Shown here piece by piece: positions 1-9,088 of a stretch of 59,389 bases of DNA. Position 1 is the stretch's first letter, and each line of letters begins with the position of its first letter. Where the stretch lies: contig CAYOWP010000002.1 in NCBI GenBank assembly GCA_964407715.1, forward strand, positions 53,838 through 113,226, written 5' to 3'. This stretch comes from an uncultured archaeon (GTDB taxonomy: Archaea; EX4484-52; JAADEF01). The notes beneath the pieces were generated by a model. It searched no databases and was not told the origin of the DNA. It worked only from the letters and a program-made list of their open reading frames with translations. The position numbers and the translations under genes were made by a program.

Positions 1-37
1 CGAGCCATGGCCCCGGGTTCAAATCCCGGCCGGAGCA
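1..37 (+). tRNA. 3' portion of a tRNA truncated by the window edge (T-arm plus 3' acceptor strand)
   Basis: T-stem/loop CCGGG-TTCAAAT-CCCGG followed by a 7-nt acceptor 3' strand and a discriminator base. It sits in tandem with the next tRNA. The anticodon is not in the window. Confidence 0.55.
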
Positions 38-49
38 TTAGATTTTTGG

Positions 50-121
50 AGCCCCGTGGTGTAGCGGTAATCATGCAGGGCTTTGGACCCTGCGACCCAG
101 GTTCGAATCCTGGCGGGGCTA
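50..121 (+). tRNA. tRNA-Gln (anticodon TTG)
   Basis: Cloverleaf: acceptor AGCCCCG/CGGGGCT, anticodon stem GCAGGG/CCCTGC with 7-nt loop CTTTGGA (anticodon TTG), T-arm CCAGG-TTCGAAT-CCTGG. It closely resembles known archaeal tRNA-Gln. No intron; CCA not encoded. Confidence 0.85.
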
Positions 122-622
122 TAAGAATTTTTCATATAATATCTCATATATAGGCCCTTGTGAAGTTAACGTGCTATTAAATAAACATACACTCTTCAAT
201 TTTATTTTTAATTCTATATCTCTATTATAGAATATTCTATTGTGTTTTATTCTAAAGAGAGTTATGTGAGCATGAAATTTCTCATCGCGATGATTTAACT
301 TTTTGTTAATTTCATTGTTCATATTTTTAAATGCTTCTTGTTGAGCGACATTTAGAAATATTATTCTTCCATTGAAATTATCTATTTTATTTATTTCAAT
401 TTTATTAGGTATTTTATCTGTAGACAATGTTTTTACAATTTTTTTTAATTTTTCTTCATCCTCATATTCTCCAATGAACTTAATAGTTAGATGAATATTT
501 TCCTTTTTCACTTCTGTAAATCTTATTCCCCTGGATATTAACTCTTTTTTTATTTCATTTTGGATTTTTATTATTTCATTTAAATCTTTTTCATCAATTC
601 TTATACCTATAAAATATCTCAT
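119..622 (-). CDS. 2H phosphoesterase, 2'-5' RNA ligase family (LigT/ThpR)
   Basis: 167-aa ORF with two H-x-T-x motifs (HLTIKFIG and HITLFR) at the spacing typical of the LigT/2H family. Its 3' end abuts the tRNA-Gln 3' end. Confidence 0.75.
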   Translation of the reverse strand: MRYFIGIRIDEKDLNEIIKIQNEIKKELISRGIRFTEVKKENIHLTIKFIGEYEDEEKLKKIVKTLSTDKIPNKIEINKIDNFNGRIIFLNVAQQEAFKNMNNEINKKLNHRDEKFHAHITLFRIKHNRIFYNRDIELKIKLKSVCLFNSTLTSQGPIYEILYEKFL

Positions 623-713
623 TTAATAATAACTGAGAATAAATATTTAAAAAAATAATTTAAATTTAATATTAATGAATTAATTTAAATTAACAAAATG
701 TAGGTGTATAAAA

Positions 714-1685
714 ATGGGAAATCCCTTTGTATTAAATGTATATCCAGATATCTTTGTTGGATATGACAATCAAAAGAAAGAATTATTATCTGCTATTAAT
801 TCTGATGAAAAATATTTATTGCTTATAGGAGAGATTGGGGTTGGAAAAACAACAATGGTGAGATGGCTATTAATGAACAAGAAAGGAATATATTTTCCAA
901 GACCTCCAAAAAATATATCAGAGTTCATCAAAAAAATAAAAAGAAATGCTTTTTCACATATACTTAATATGATCCTAAAAAGATCCAATAAAAGAATTAT
1001 TGTAATTGATGAATTTCATGAGGCAAATGAAGAATTTATAGAAAATTTAAGAAGTTATTTAGATTTAATTAATGATGTTATTGTCATATTTGTTATTTTA
1101 CCTAAATTCGAAGATGAATTAATGAGAAAACATGCTTCTTTATATAGCAGAATTACCACAAAGATATATTTAACAAAATTAAATAAAAATGAAACATTTC
1201 AATTAATTAAACAAAGAATTTGTAAATTTGGCGGAACAGGAATAGAGCCATTTACATCAGATGCAATAGATATAATTTTTGATAAATCTGGAGGAATACC
1301 AAGAGAAATCTTAAAATTAAGTTCTTACTATTATAAATTAGCATCTGAAAAGGGAATAGAGATTATTGATAAAAGTTTTATCCTTTCACATGAAAAACAA
1401 GAAATTTCATCTTATAAAAAAATAACAGATGAATATAAACGAGCAGAGAGACATAAGCAAGAGAATATTTCATCAACTTTTACACCAAAACAAAAGGAAA
1501 TAATGAATTTAATTAAAAAGCATGGTGCTTTGTCACCTCCAGAGATAATCTCATTAATTGATAAAAAAGATTATTCATCTGATCTTCATGCTTTGAGAGC
1601 AGTAAACAATATCTTAAGAAAGTTGGAGTCAGAAGGTTTTCTAAAAAGAAAGAGAGAAGGTAGGAGATATGTTTATTACATATAA
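714..1685 (+). CDS. AAA+/P-loop ATPase with a C-terminal winged-helix DNA-binding domain (divergent Orc1/Cdc6-like or archaeal-ATPase family)
   Basis: Walker A GEIGVGKTT near the N-terminus, Walker B-like IVIDEFH, and a C-terminal wHTH-like segment (LSPPEIISLID...LRKLESEGFLKRK). Family assignment beyond P-loop plus wH is uncertain. Confidence 0.45.
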   Translation: MGNPFVLNVYPDIFVGYDNQKKELLSAINSDEKYLLLIGEIGVGKTTMVRWLLMNKKGIYFPRPPKNISEFIKKIKRNAFSHILNMILKRSNKRIIVIDEFHEANEEFIENLRSYLDLINDVIVIFVILPKFEDELMRKHASLYSRITTKIYLTKLNKNETFQLIKQRICKFGGTGIEPFTSDAIDIIFDKSGGIPREILKLSSYYYKLASEKGIEIIDKSFILSHEKQEISSYKKITDEYKRAERHKQENISSTFTPKQKEIMNLIKKHGALSPPEIISLIDKKDYSSDLHALRAVNNILRKLESEGFLKRKREGRRYVYYI

Positions 1686-1706
1686 GGTATTATAAAGTGA
1701 TTTTTT

Positions 1707-2762
1707 ATGAGAGCGAATATATATGTTCTTGGAGGAAATGGTAATGTTGGATCAGAATTTGTGAGGCAGGTTGTAAATAAAGATCTTGATAAATTGAGAA
1801 TTATTGGATTGGCATCAATTGAAGGATATATTTATAATCCAAAAGGCATAAAAAAGGAAGATGCCTTAAAATTTACAAAAAATGAGATACCTATTAAAGA
1901 ACATCCAGGTTTAGATGAACTTTTGAACGAGGTTATTAATGATTTCTCAGAAGAAGAAATTATTTTTGTAGATATTACAGCAGGAAAGGGACTTTTTCTT
2001 GAATTACATAAAAGAATTATAAAAGAGACAAATTTTAAGATTGTTACTGCGAATAAGAATCCTCTTTCATTTTGTAATTTTGAAACGTTTAACTTTCTAA
2101 CACATGACTTAAGAAGATATGGATATAGAGTGACTGTGATGGCGGGGGCTGAGAGTATTTATTTTTTACGGGATTTACGAGAATTAAAAGAAGATGTATA
2201 TGAGATTCAGGGATGCTTCTCTGGTACATTAGGATATATAACCTCTGAATTAGAAAAAGGGAGAAAGCTTTCAGAGGTTGTAAAAGAAGCAAAGATGAAG
2301 GGATATAGTGAACCACATCCGCGTGATGATCTTAATGGTTTGGATGTGGCAAGAAAACTTTTAATATTAGCACGGACATTAGGTATGAAAGTGGATCTTG
2401 ATGACATCATTATTGAACCTTTTATTCCATACGAGTATTTGCAAGAGGAAGATGATTCTTCTTTTCTAAATAATTTAAGGGAACTAAATGGAGTTTTTGA
2501 AGAAAAATTTCAAGATGCTATGAAGAAAGGAAATGTTTTGAGATACATTGCCTCCTATAAAAATAATAAATTTGAGGTCTCTTTAAGAGAGATACCAAAA
2601 GAGAGCCCCTTGGGAATATTAAAAGGTACGCGTAACAAATTTGTTGTATATAGCGAATCTTATAATAAAGAGAATTATTATTGTGTGGAAGCTCCCGGAG
2701 CAGGTCCAAGAATTGCTGCCATGAATTTAAGAAGAGATATAATCAACATTTTAAATTTATGA
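1707..2762 (+). CDS. hom: homoserine dehydrogenase
   Basis: N-terminal Rossmann motif VLGGNGNVGSEF. The segment HPRDDLNGLDVARKLLILAR and C-terminal GAGAGPRIAAMNLRRDI match conserved homoserine dehydrogenase blocks. Confidence 0.8.
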   Translation: MRANIYVLGGNGNVGSEFVRQVVNKDLDKLRIIGLASIEGYIYNPKGIKKEDALKFTKNEIPIKEHPGLDELLNEVINDFSEEEIIFVDITAGKGLFLELHKRIIKETNFKIVTANKNPLSFCNFETFNFLTHDLRRYGYRVTVMAGAESIYFLRDLRELKEDVYEIQGCFSGTLGYITSELEKGRKLSEVVKEAKMKGYSEPHPRDDLNGLDVARKLLILARTLGMKVDLDDIIIEPFIPYEYLQEEDDSSFLNNLRELNGVFEEKFQDAMKKGNVLRYIASYKNNKFEVSLREIPKESPLGILKGTRNKFVVYSESYNKENYYCVEAPGAGPRIAAMNLRRDIINILNL

Positions 2763-2791
2763 GAGATATTTTAATTTATCTATGTATCTTT

Positions 2792-2875
2792 GCCGGGGTC
2801 GCCTAGCCTGGTATGGCGCAGGTCTGGAGAACCTGTTCCCGCAAGGGAGCGAGGGTTCAAATCCCTCCCCCGGCG
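2792..2875 (+). tRNA. tRNA-Ser (anticodon GGA), class II with a long variable arm
   Basis: Acceptor GCCGGGG/CCCCGGC, anticodon stem CAGGT/ACCTG with loop CTGGAGA (anticodon GGA), long variable arm TTCCCGCAAGGGAGC, T-arm GAGGG-TTCAAAT-CCCTC. A GC-rich island in AT-rich DNA. Confidence 0.85.
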
Positions 2876-2906
2876 TAAAGCATGTGTTGTGAGTATGTGA
2901 TAAGAT

Positions 2907-3260
2907 ATGAGATTAAAAGAACAAACATTTTTCAGATTTTTTTATTGTCTAATATTCTTTTGCATCTTTTTATCTTTTATGTATTTGATTTACTATTTGC
3001 TTTATGAAAACAAATTTCATTTTTATGAAATTAATGAAATTAATGTTAACTTAATTGGAGAAAAAGTAGAAACATGCGGCGTGATTGATTACATAAGAAG
3101 AACAGAGGAGGTCTTGTTTATTAAATTAACAAACTATAATCATTCTATAGATGTTGTAGATTTCAACTTTAAATATCTCAACTTTTCTAAAGGAGATTTC
3201 ATTTGTGTGAGAGGAGTTGTCAAACAATACAAAGGAAAATTGGAGATTATTGCTCAATAA
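2907..3260 (+). CDS. membrane-anchored OB-fold (nucleic-acid-binding type) protein
   Basis: N-terminal hydrophobic segment, then an OB-fold-like C-terminal region (VETCGVIDYIRR...GDFICVRGVVKQYKGKLEI) resembling anticodon-binding/RPA-type OB domains. Confidence 0.4.
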   Translation: MRLKEQTFFRFFYCLIFFCIFLSFMYLIYYLLYENKFHFYEINEINVNLIGEKVETCGVIDYIRRTEEVLFIKLTNYNHSIDVVDFNFKYLNFSKGDFICVRGVVKQYKGKLEIIAQ

Positions 3261-3275
3261 TTAAAAGAGAATATC

Positions 3276-3332
3276 GGAGCGGGTACGCCGCGGAGATACC
3301 CGCTCCTATCACCCCAGCCAGAAAGGGGTGAT
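3276..3332 (+). other. GC-rich twin-hairpin element downstream of the OB-fold gene (candidate small structured RNA or terminator)
   Basis: Perfect 10-bp stem GGAGCGGGTA/TACCCGCTCC with an 11-nt loop, immediately followed by an 8-bp stem ATCACCCC/GGGGTGAT with a 9-nt loop. The GC content is far above the surroundings. Confidence 0.35.
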
Positions 3333-3399
3333 CATGAGCACATACAAAAATAAATATATTAAGAAAAATTTTAAAATATTTCAATTAAGTTAAGGTTTT

Positions 3400-3816
3400 A
3401 TGAAAAAAAGATATTCTTTTTGTTTGATACCTGGATGCTTTCTTTGTATCCATCCTGGACATATATTTTTATTTGAAAAAGCAAAAGAAATGTGCGAATC
3501 TCTTATTGTAGTTTTGGCGCATGACAAAAAAATAAAAGAAAAGTACAATATCAAAGATAACACAATGAAAGATAGAAAAAAGATGTTAGAGGCAATAAAA
3601 TATATAGATCATGTGATAGAGGGTTATGAGAAAAAAGAGGATTTTTTAAAGGTGTTAGATTTATTTCCTTTTGATGCCATTATCTTCTGTAAGTCGCATG
3701 ACATACCAAAAGAAGTGTTAGATACCTTAAAAAATATCAAAAAAGATATAGATATAGTTGTTTTGGATTGTTATAAAAAAGAGATATTTTCTACAAGGAA
3801 GGTGTTGGACATATGA
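3400..3816 (+). CDS. cytidylyltransferase-fold nucleotidyltransferase (archaeal FAD synthase RibL / PPAT-like)
   Basis: 138-aa protein with the nucleotidyltransferase signature GxFxxxHPGH (PGCFLCIHPGHIFLF). Size and layout match archaeal RibL-like enzymes. Confidence 0.55.
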   Translation: MKKRYSFCLIPGCFLCIHPGHIFLFEKAKEMCESLIVVLAHDKKIKEKYNIKDNTMKDRKKMLEAIKYIDHVIEGYEKKEDFLKVLDLFPFDAIIFCKSHDIPKEVLDTLKNIKKDIDIVVLDCYKKEIFSTRKVLDI

Positions 3817-4628
3817 GAAGAATCATAATTTTGAAATATGGTGAATTATGGTTAAAATCCAGAAGAACAAAAAAGAGATTTATTAAGTTATTAAGAAGAC
3901 ATCTAACATCACTATTTCCAAAAGATATTTTTTATTTTAAAAGGGATAGAGTAGAGGTTATAACAAACAATTTTGATCTCATGAGATTTAAGTATATTCC
4001 TGGCATTGAGTATGCACATCTATGCTATAAAACATCATCTATTATAGATGACATCATAGCGGTGGTTGAAAAAATTTTAAATGAAGAAAAACTGAAGTTT
4101 GAATCTTTTGCTGTGAGATGCAAGAGAACAGGAAAGCACAATTTTAGAAGCAAAGATATTGAGGAGATAGTAGGCAATTTAATAAAAGAGAAAACACATG
4201 CAAAAGTGGATTTAAATAATCCTGGTTTCACTTTGAAAATAGATATAATAAGCAACGAAACTTATATCTCTCTTTCCTCCCTTGAATGTATTGGTGGATT
4301 ACCATATGCTAGTGAGGGAATATGCAAGGTTAACAATCCAAATAACCTCTTCTTAATCATAGAATTATTAAAAAGAGGGATGTATATTGAAAACCTACCC
4401 GATAAATTGAGAAAATACTTTCCTAAGATAAAGGAAGAGCTTTATCAAAGGCAGGATTTCAAGGTTATAGTTTATGATTATACCTTTGAGGACATAAATG
4501 AGATTCTGAATATCAAAAAAGAAAGAGATTTGGTTTTATTTCCACTCATTGTATATTCTAAAGATGAGATAGAAAGAAAAAATGAAATAATAACAAAAGA
4601 TATTAAAAATCTTTTTAAATCTCTATGA
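3813..4628 (+). CDS. THUMP-domain RNA-binding protein (ThiI/Tan1-like N-terminal architecture, no PP-loop)
   Basis: N-terminal ILKYGELWLKS matches the KxGEIxLKG start of THUMP/ThiI-type proteins. It overlaps the upstream gene by 4 nt (ATGA), consistent with an operon. Confidence 0.45.
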   Translation: MRRIIILKYGELWLKSRRTKKRFIKLLRRHLTSLFPKDIFYFKRDRVEVITNNFDLMRFKYIPGIEYAHLCYKTSSIIDDIIAVVEKILNEEKLKFESFAVRCKRTGKHNFRSKDIEEIVGNLIKEKTHAKVDLNNPGFTLKIDIISNETYISLSSLECIGGLPYASEGICKVNNPNNLFLIIELLKRGMYIENLPDKLRKYFPKIKEELYQRQDFKVIVYDYTFEDINEILNIKKERDLVLFPLIVYSKDEIERKNEIITKDIKNLFKSL

Positions 4629-4644
4629 TGATAGCAATTTATTG

Positions 4645-4937
4645 GGGAAGATGCTAAGAAGCGATGCTGCCTTTGGCAGCAGGAAAGTCCCCTCCCCAAT
4701 CACGGCAACCTCTCGCAAGAGAGGGTCCCGAGAGGGACGGCTCTGCCACAGAAAATAACCTCTAAAAAGCAAGCAATGATTTGATTTGAGCAATGCACTT
4801 TTTAGAGGATGAAATGGCATCCTTGCCGGGGCAACCTCACAATAGAGGGCTTAGACGGATGCTTCACATCCATCACCGCTTATATTTTGAAAGCGGGATG
4901 ACGGATGCACAGAAAGGGGCTTATTAGCATCATCCCC
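4645..4937 (+). ncRNA. rnpB: RNase P RNA (archaeal)
   Basis: GC-rich ~290-nt island containing the universally conserved P4 5' strand AGGAAAGTCC and the CR-IV-like ACAGAAAGGGGCTTA near the 3' end. The 5' end GGGGAAGATGCTAA is complementary to the 3' end TTAGCATCATCCCC (P1). Only short, compositionally odd ORFs occur here. Confidence 0.85.
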
Positions 4938-4945
4938 ATAAAATT

Positions 4946-5446
4946 TTATGATTTAACAAGCAAATAGAAAATACCTATTAATCCTCCTATTACTACAATT
5001 ATAGAGATTATTTCATTTAAACCATAAAAAGATAACTTATCTAAACCAAAATATCCATAGTTTTCAGTCACGATTAATGCAGCAATTACTGATATAAATG
5101 CAAGCCCTATACCTATGTACACTATCCAAGTTTTTTCTTTAAGAATATCTGTAATGTTTACACCAACTAATGCAGAGATTAAACTACCTAAAAGAAAGAT
5201 TAATATGAAAATGCTAAATATCCAGAATACATTTGCCATAAACATTCCTCTTCCAAAGTATGAAATCAAGAAAGCAACAGACAATGCAATAGCACCATTT
5301 ACAGATGCTTCATCACTAATATATTTTCTATTTTGTAACACTCCATATATCAATGCTGTAAATAGCAACCAAGGAAAAAAGAAATCAAACATGTCCAATC
5401 TTTTCATAAACTCAAACAAATCTCCAAAAGTTATCATAATAACCAC
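4946..5446 (-). CDS. integral membrane protein, unknown function
   Basis: 166 aa with four to five hydrophobic helices. No recognisable motifs. Confidence 0.4.
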   Translation of the reverse strand: MVIMITFGDLFEFMKRLDMFDFFFPWLLFTALIYGVLQNRKYISDEASVNGAIALSVAFLISYFGRGMFMANVFWIFSIFILIFLLGSLISALVGVNITDILKEKTWIVYIGIGLAFISVIAALIVTENYGYFGLDKLSFYGLNEIISIIVVIGGLIGIFYLLVKS

Positions 5447-5506
5447 AAATATTTATTATAAAAACAAATATTTATATTTTTTAAATGACATTTGTAAGGG
5501 ATTCAC

Positions 5507-6337
5507 ATGTATGCCGTATTATTTGCTTTTATTTCCGCATTGATATATAGTATTGAAAATGTTCTTCCTAAATATCTTAAAAGGATGGACGCCATAGATA
5601 TTATAATTTTAAGAGAACTGTTAATGCTGATACCTCTTACTCCATTTTTTATAGAAAAGTTTAGCTCTATCTCATTACTTTTAATACTTTTTGGCTTTTT
5701 ATTAGGTTTTATACCTTACTTTGCATTTCTAAAAGCAGTAAAAATGGGCAAGGCAGGTGTGGTTATTGCGCTCTCACAAACACATAACATATTTTCTATA
5801 TTTTTCTCCTTATTGCTTTTTTCTATATTACCTCCTAAAACATATATTATTCCCTTGATGCTTATGCTTCTTGCAATAGGAATTCTTTATTTATCTAAAC
5901 CTTATTCTTTTGATTTTTTACCTATTATGTACTCTTTAATAGCCGCAATACTTTGGGGTTTGCAAGCAGTAATAATTAAACATTATTTTGCTAATATCTC
6001 CCCATGGGATTTAGTTTATTTTACAGAACTTGGCTTATTCCTTACAGCCTTATTTTATGTGATATTCAAGAAGAAGAAAATCACAAAACCTGTCTTTAAA
6101 GGAGAATATATATGCTTGATCATTATGGCTTATGGAGCTTTAATAGCACTTTATTTTTATATTAAATCTCTACAACTTAGTGAACACCCTTCATTACCAT
6201 TGATAATTCTTCCATCATCCACAATTCTTAGCTGTCTATGGGCTTATCTTCTTTTTAAAGAAAAATTAAAACTGCGAGAGATATTTGCAGTTATTTTATC
6301 AATTATAGCAGTAATTATTGCAAGCATAAAGATATAA
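5507..6337 (+). CDS. EamA/DMT-superfamily-like transporter (10 predicted TM helices)
   Basis: 276 aa, hydrophobic throughout, with a two-fold internal repeat of ~5 TM segments typical of drug/metabolite transporters. Confidence 0.45.
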   Translation: MYAVLFAFISALIYSIENVLPKYLKRMDAIDIIILRELLMLIPLTPFFIEKFSSISLLLILFGFLLGFIPYFAFLKAVKMGKAGVVIALSQTHNIFSIFFSLLLFSILPPKTYIIPLMLMLLAIGILYLSKPYSFDFLPIMYSLIAAILWGLQAVIIKHYFANISPWDLVYFTELGLFLTALFYVIFKKKKITKPVFKGEYICLIIMAYGALIALYFYIKSLQLSEHPSLPLIILPSSTILSCLWAYLLFKEKLKLREIFAVILSIIAVIIASIKI

Positions 6338-6360
6338 TTTTAACTTTGATGTGACACATG

Positions 6361-6657
6361 TCACATAATAGAAAAGTTTACTAAAAAAATCAATGTCCCA
6401 AAATACCAAGCAAGAAAATTCAATATCATATAAGATCTCAGATTCCTCTTAAGAATCTCAAATTTTTTATCATTAAAATAAGCTTTTAACAATAAAATAT
6501 ATTTGATCATAAGAACAAGAAGAATAATGATAGTGCAATATCTAATATTAATGATATTTAGTTTATCAATTTGGAATGCAGCATAGCCTGTGATGATCCC
6601 TAATAATGTTGAAATATAAAACATCTTGTTTGAATTTATAAGTATTTCTCTTACCAT
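6361..6657 (-). CDS. small membrane protein (3 TM), last gene of an envelope-protein operon
   Basis: 98 aa and hydrophobic. Co-oriented and tightly spaced with three upstream secreted-protein genes. Confidence 0.35.
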   Translation of the reverse strand: MVREILINSNKMFYISTLLGIITGYAAFQIDKLNIINIRYCTIIILLVLMIKYILLLKAYFNDKKFEILKRNLRSYMILNFLAWYFGTLIFLVNFSIM

Positions 6658-6670
6658 ATAAATATAAGTA

Positions 6671-7546
6671 CTATGCTCTTTTGATTTTATAAAGATTTGT
6701 GAGAATCCATACTAAGAGCACCACATTCAAAATTATTGAGAAAAATAATACGATATCCTTAAAAGAGTATGCTTTTTCGTGAGATAAAGTGGTGTGGGTT
6801 AGATTTATATTATGTGAGACATAAAAATATTGATCTTCAGAATCTTTCAAAACAAATAAAAAGTCAGTACAGCAAGGGGTTCTTTCTGGCTTATAAAAGG
6901 AGTAAGTTAAATTAATAAAACTTTGATTTTTATTAAGGATAATCTTCTTTGTAGGCAATATCCATCCACGAGGAGAATTAGGAATGATATAAAGCTCTTT
7001 AAATGAAATGTTGTTTGGTGATTGATTTATCTTAAATTTAAAGATTGCTTTGTTTTTATCTAATACAACATAAGATATATTTATTTTTTCCTTAATTCCT
7101 GTAACGTTTGAATTTGCAATATGTTTTCCTGTTGAATTATAATTGATTAAAGAGATATTTCTAAGTTTTTTTATCTCATTGCAATAATAAAAATATGGAA
7201 TTATCGTTATGTTATTCATATCTTCCTTAGGTAGGAAAGAATAAACTCTTAATATCCCAACACCACCAGGAGGAACATTTACTTTTTCACTCCAGAAATC
7301 TCTTTCTAAATCCTTGGAGATAATCTTTAATCTTAGATATGTATCGCATGTAATAGAGCCTATGTTCTCCCATACAGCTTCTATAGAGATTATATCTCCT
7401 CCAATGGTATAATTGAAATATGGAAAATAGCCTTCTAAGCTCTCTTTTATATTTACCAGAATTGGAATCTGTAAAGAGACAGGTATTATCAAAAGACTTA
7501 TCAATATACTATACAAAAAAACACTTTTAATAGTATCCTTTCTCAT
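6671..7546 (-). CDS. type-I-like surface protein with signal peptide, C-terminal TM anchor and many N-glycosylation sequons
   Basis: N-terminal and C-terminal hydrophobic segments. At least 10 N-x-S/T sequons (NYT, NIT, NIS, NST, NVT, NQS, NLT...). It overlaps the upstream gene by 20 nt. Confidence 0.5.
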   Translation of the reverse strand: MRKDTIKSVFLYSILISLLIIPVSLQIPILVNIKESLEGYFPYFNYTIGGDIISIEAVWENIGSITCDTYLRLKIISKDLERDFWSEKVNVPPGGVGILRVYSFLPKEDMNNITIIPYFYYCNEIKKLRNISLINYNSTGKHIANSNVTGIKEKINISYVVLDKNKAIFKFKINQSPNNISFKELYIIPNSPRGWILPTKKIILNKNQSFINLTYSFYKPERTPCCTDFLFVLKDSEDQYFYVSHNINLTHTTLSHEKAYSFKDIVLFFSIILNVVLLVWILTNLYKIKRA

Positions 7547-7997
7547 ACATCTTCACCATGAACCACTCCGAAATCTTGTTTTTTGGATATCTTATATAAA
7601 TGCTCAGATTACCTGTATAATTTCCTTCTTTTTTAGCATGAAATTTTATATAGATTGATTTTTTAGAATTACTTTCTAACATAAATTTATCTTTTAGAAT
7701 TAAGAAAGGAGTTGCATTTCCATTAACAAAAAGATAACAAATAACTTTATAAGGCAAAGGATTGTTTATATCTAATATTTTTGTAGTATTTGTTTTGTTT
7801 ACAATCATTCTACCAAAATTTAATACATCTAAATCAACAGCCACACCAATTTTTGTTATGTTTCCAGTCTTATTTGTAACTTCTGCTTTTATAATATAAG
7901 AGGTTACATATCTATACTTTGTGCTTATAAAACTGAACATCGAGAAAAACAAAAATAATAAAAAAATGAAAAGCATAATTAAATTCTCTTTTCTCAA
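7527..7997 (-). CDS. secreted/membrane-anchored protein with sequon-rich ectodomain
   Basis: Signal/anchor MLFIFLLFLFFSMFSFI, several N-x-T/S sequons. Operon partner of the flanking genes. Confidence 0.45.
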   Translation of the reverse strand: MRKENLIMLFIFLLFLFFSMFSFISTKYRYVTSYIIKAEVTNKTGNITKIGVAVDLDVLNFGRMIVNKTNTTKILDINNPLPYKVICYLFVNGNATPFLILKDKFMLESNSKKSIYIKFHAKKEGNYTGNLSIYIRYPKNKISEWFMVKMYEKGYY

Positions 7998-8016
7998 TTA
8001 TATCACCTTTACTCCC

Positions 8017-9033
8017 TCACATTTTCCAGTATATGTATAGCGCAATCAATCCCATAATAATAAGTAAGAACCACCATGGAATCTTACGAGGTTTCTTTTC
8101 AATAACCTTTCCTTCAGAAGGCACATATATTTTATCAACTACTTTGATATATCCTGTATATTCTGCCTTATCTGTAATATAATCCACTACTGCATCCACA
8201 TGATAACTACCTGATTTTATTCCTTTCTTATTTCTCCATATAGCGCTTAACACTACAGTCTCACCAGGCTTAACCTTTGAAGATGTTCTCAATGCTATAT
8301 TTCCTGTTCTATACCCATAATCATCATAAACTACAAGATTTATAAGTCTTCCAGTAATTGTAACGGTTCCTTCATTTTTAAAGAGCACATCTACTCGCAC
8401 AGTATTTTTATCTAATCTTTTGGCATCCACATATATTATTCTCCCTTTCCTTATTGCATTCCCAGCAACCTTAAAAACAAATAGAGGTCTCACAATTCCT
8501 ATGGTGGAAATAGAGGTTCCTTGTCCTCTTTCTCTTCCTAATGTTGGTACAAGATTTATGCTCCCTGCATGATACCCGGGCTCTGCATCTTCTGGTATCT
8601 TTACAATAAATCTAAATTCAGAATTATACTTTATTGTTCCTTGCTTGGTGTTTATAGTGTGTACTTCCTTTGGATTTATTAACACTGTACTCTTTGGAAA
8701 TTCCACCCATTCCCTTATGCTTTCTTCTGATGCTTCTGCAGGAATAAAATCATATCCATTAACACTTCTTCTTTTCTCTTTATAATATATAGTTGTATGA
8801 GGATCCCTATACTCCAAAGCTATCTTCATAGGTCTATTTAAGGTTGATGTTATATAAAAAGTGCCTATTATCTCTTGCCCTCTTTTAACCTCTCCTAAAT
8901 CAAGTACTCCTGGTATGGTTCCTATTCCTATAGGAAAAGATATGTTGATTATCAACATGCAAAAAAACATAATTCCAAAAATAAGTTTGATGTATTTTAA
9001 GTTCTGAAGCATAATATTATTATTTGCCTTCAT
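8017..9033 (-). CDS. large surface protein with N-terminal signal-anchor and C-terminal TM segment (IPWWFLLIIMGLIALYIYW)
   Basis: 338 aa, beta-rich ectodomain composition. First gene of a four-gene minus-strand operon (9033 to 6361). Confidence 0.45.
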   Translation of the reverse strand: MKANNNIMLQNLKYIKLIFGIMFFCMLIINISFPIGIGTIPGVLDLGEVKRGQEIIGTFYITSTLNRPMKIALEYRDPHTTIYYKEKRRSVNGYDFIPAEASEESIREWVEFPKSTVLINPKEVHTINTKQGTIKYNSEFRFIVKIPEDAEPGYHAGSINLVPTLGRERGQGTSISTIGIVRPLFVFKVAGNAIRKGRIIYVDAKRLDKNTVRVDVLFKNEGTVTITGRLINLVVYDDYGYRTGNIALRTSSKVKPGETVVLSAIWRNKKGIKSGSYHVDAVVDYITDKAEYTGYIKVVDKIYVPSEGKVIEKKPRKIPWWFLLIIMGLIALYIYWKM

Positions 9034-9088
9034 ACATTCAAAATAATATAAATTAAATATTTAAATATTTGGCTTATATATTTCCTCT

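Noticed and set aside
4478-4820. Two minus-strand ORFs (73 and 65 aa) with Arg/Pro/Ser-rich products
   Set aside because: They lie entirely inside the GC-rich RNase P RNA gene. Their odd composition is the signature of translating a structured RNA gene, not a protein.
5115-5543. 142-aa plus-strand ORF
   Set aside because: It is antisense to, and wholly overlaps, the convincing multi-TM membrane protein gene 4946-5446 and has low-complexity composition. The same reasoning applies to the many antisense ORFs inside gyrB, rtcB, the coiled-coil gene (19387-20193), guaA, nrdD, the XPD gene and others.
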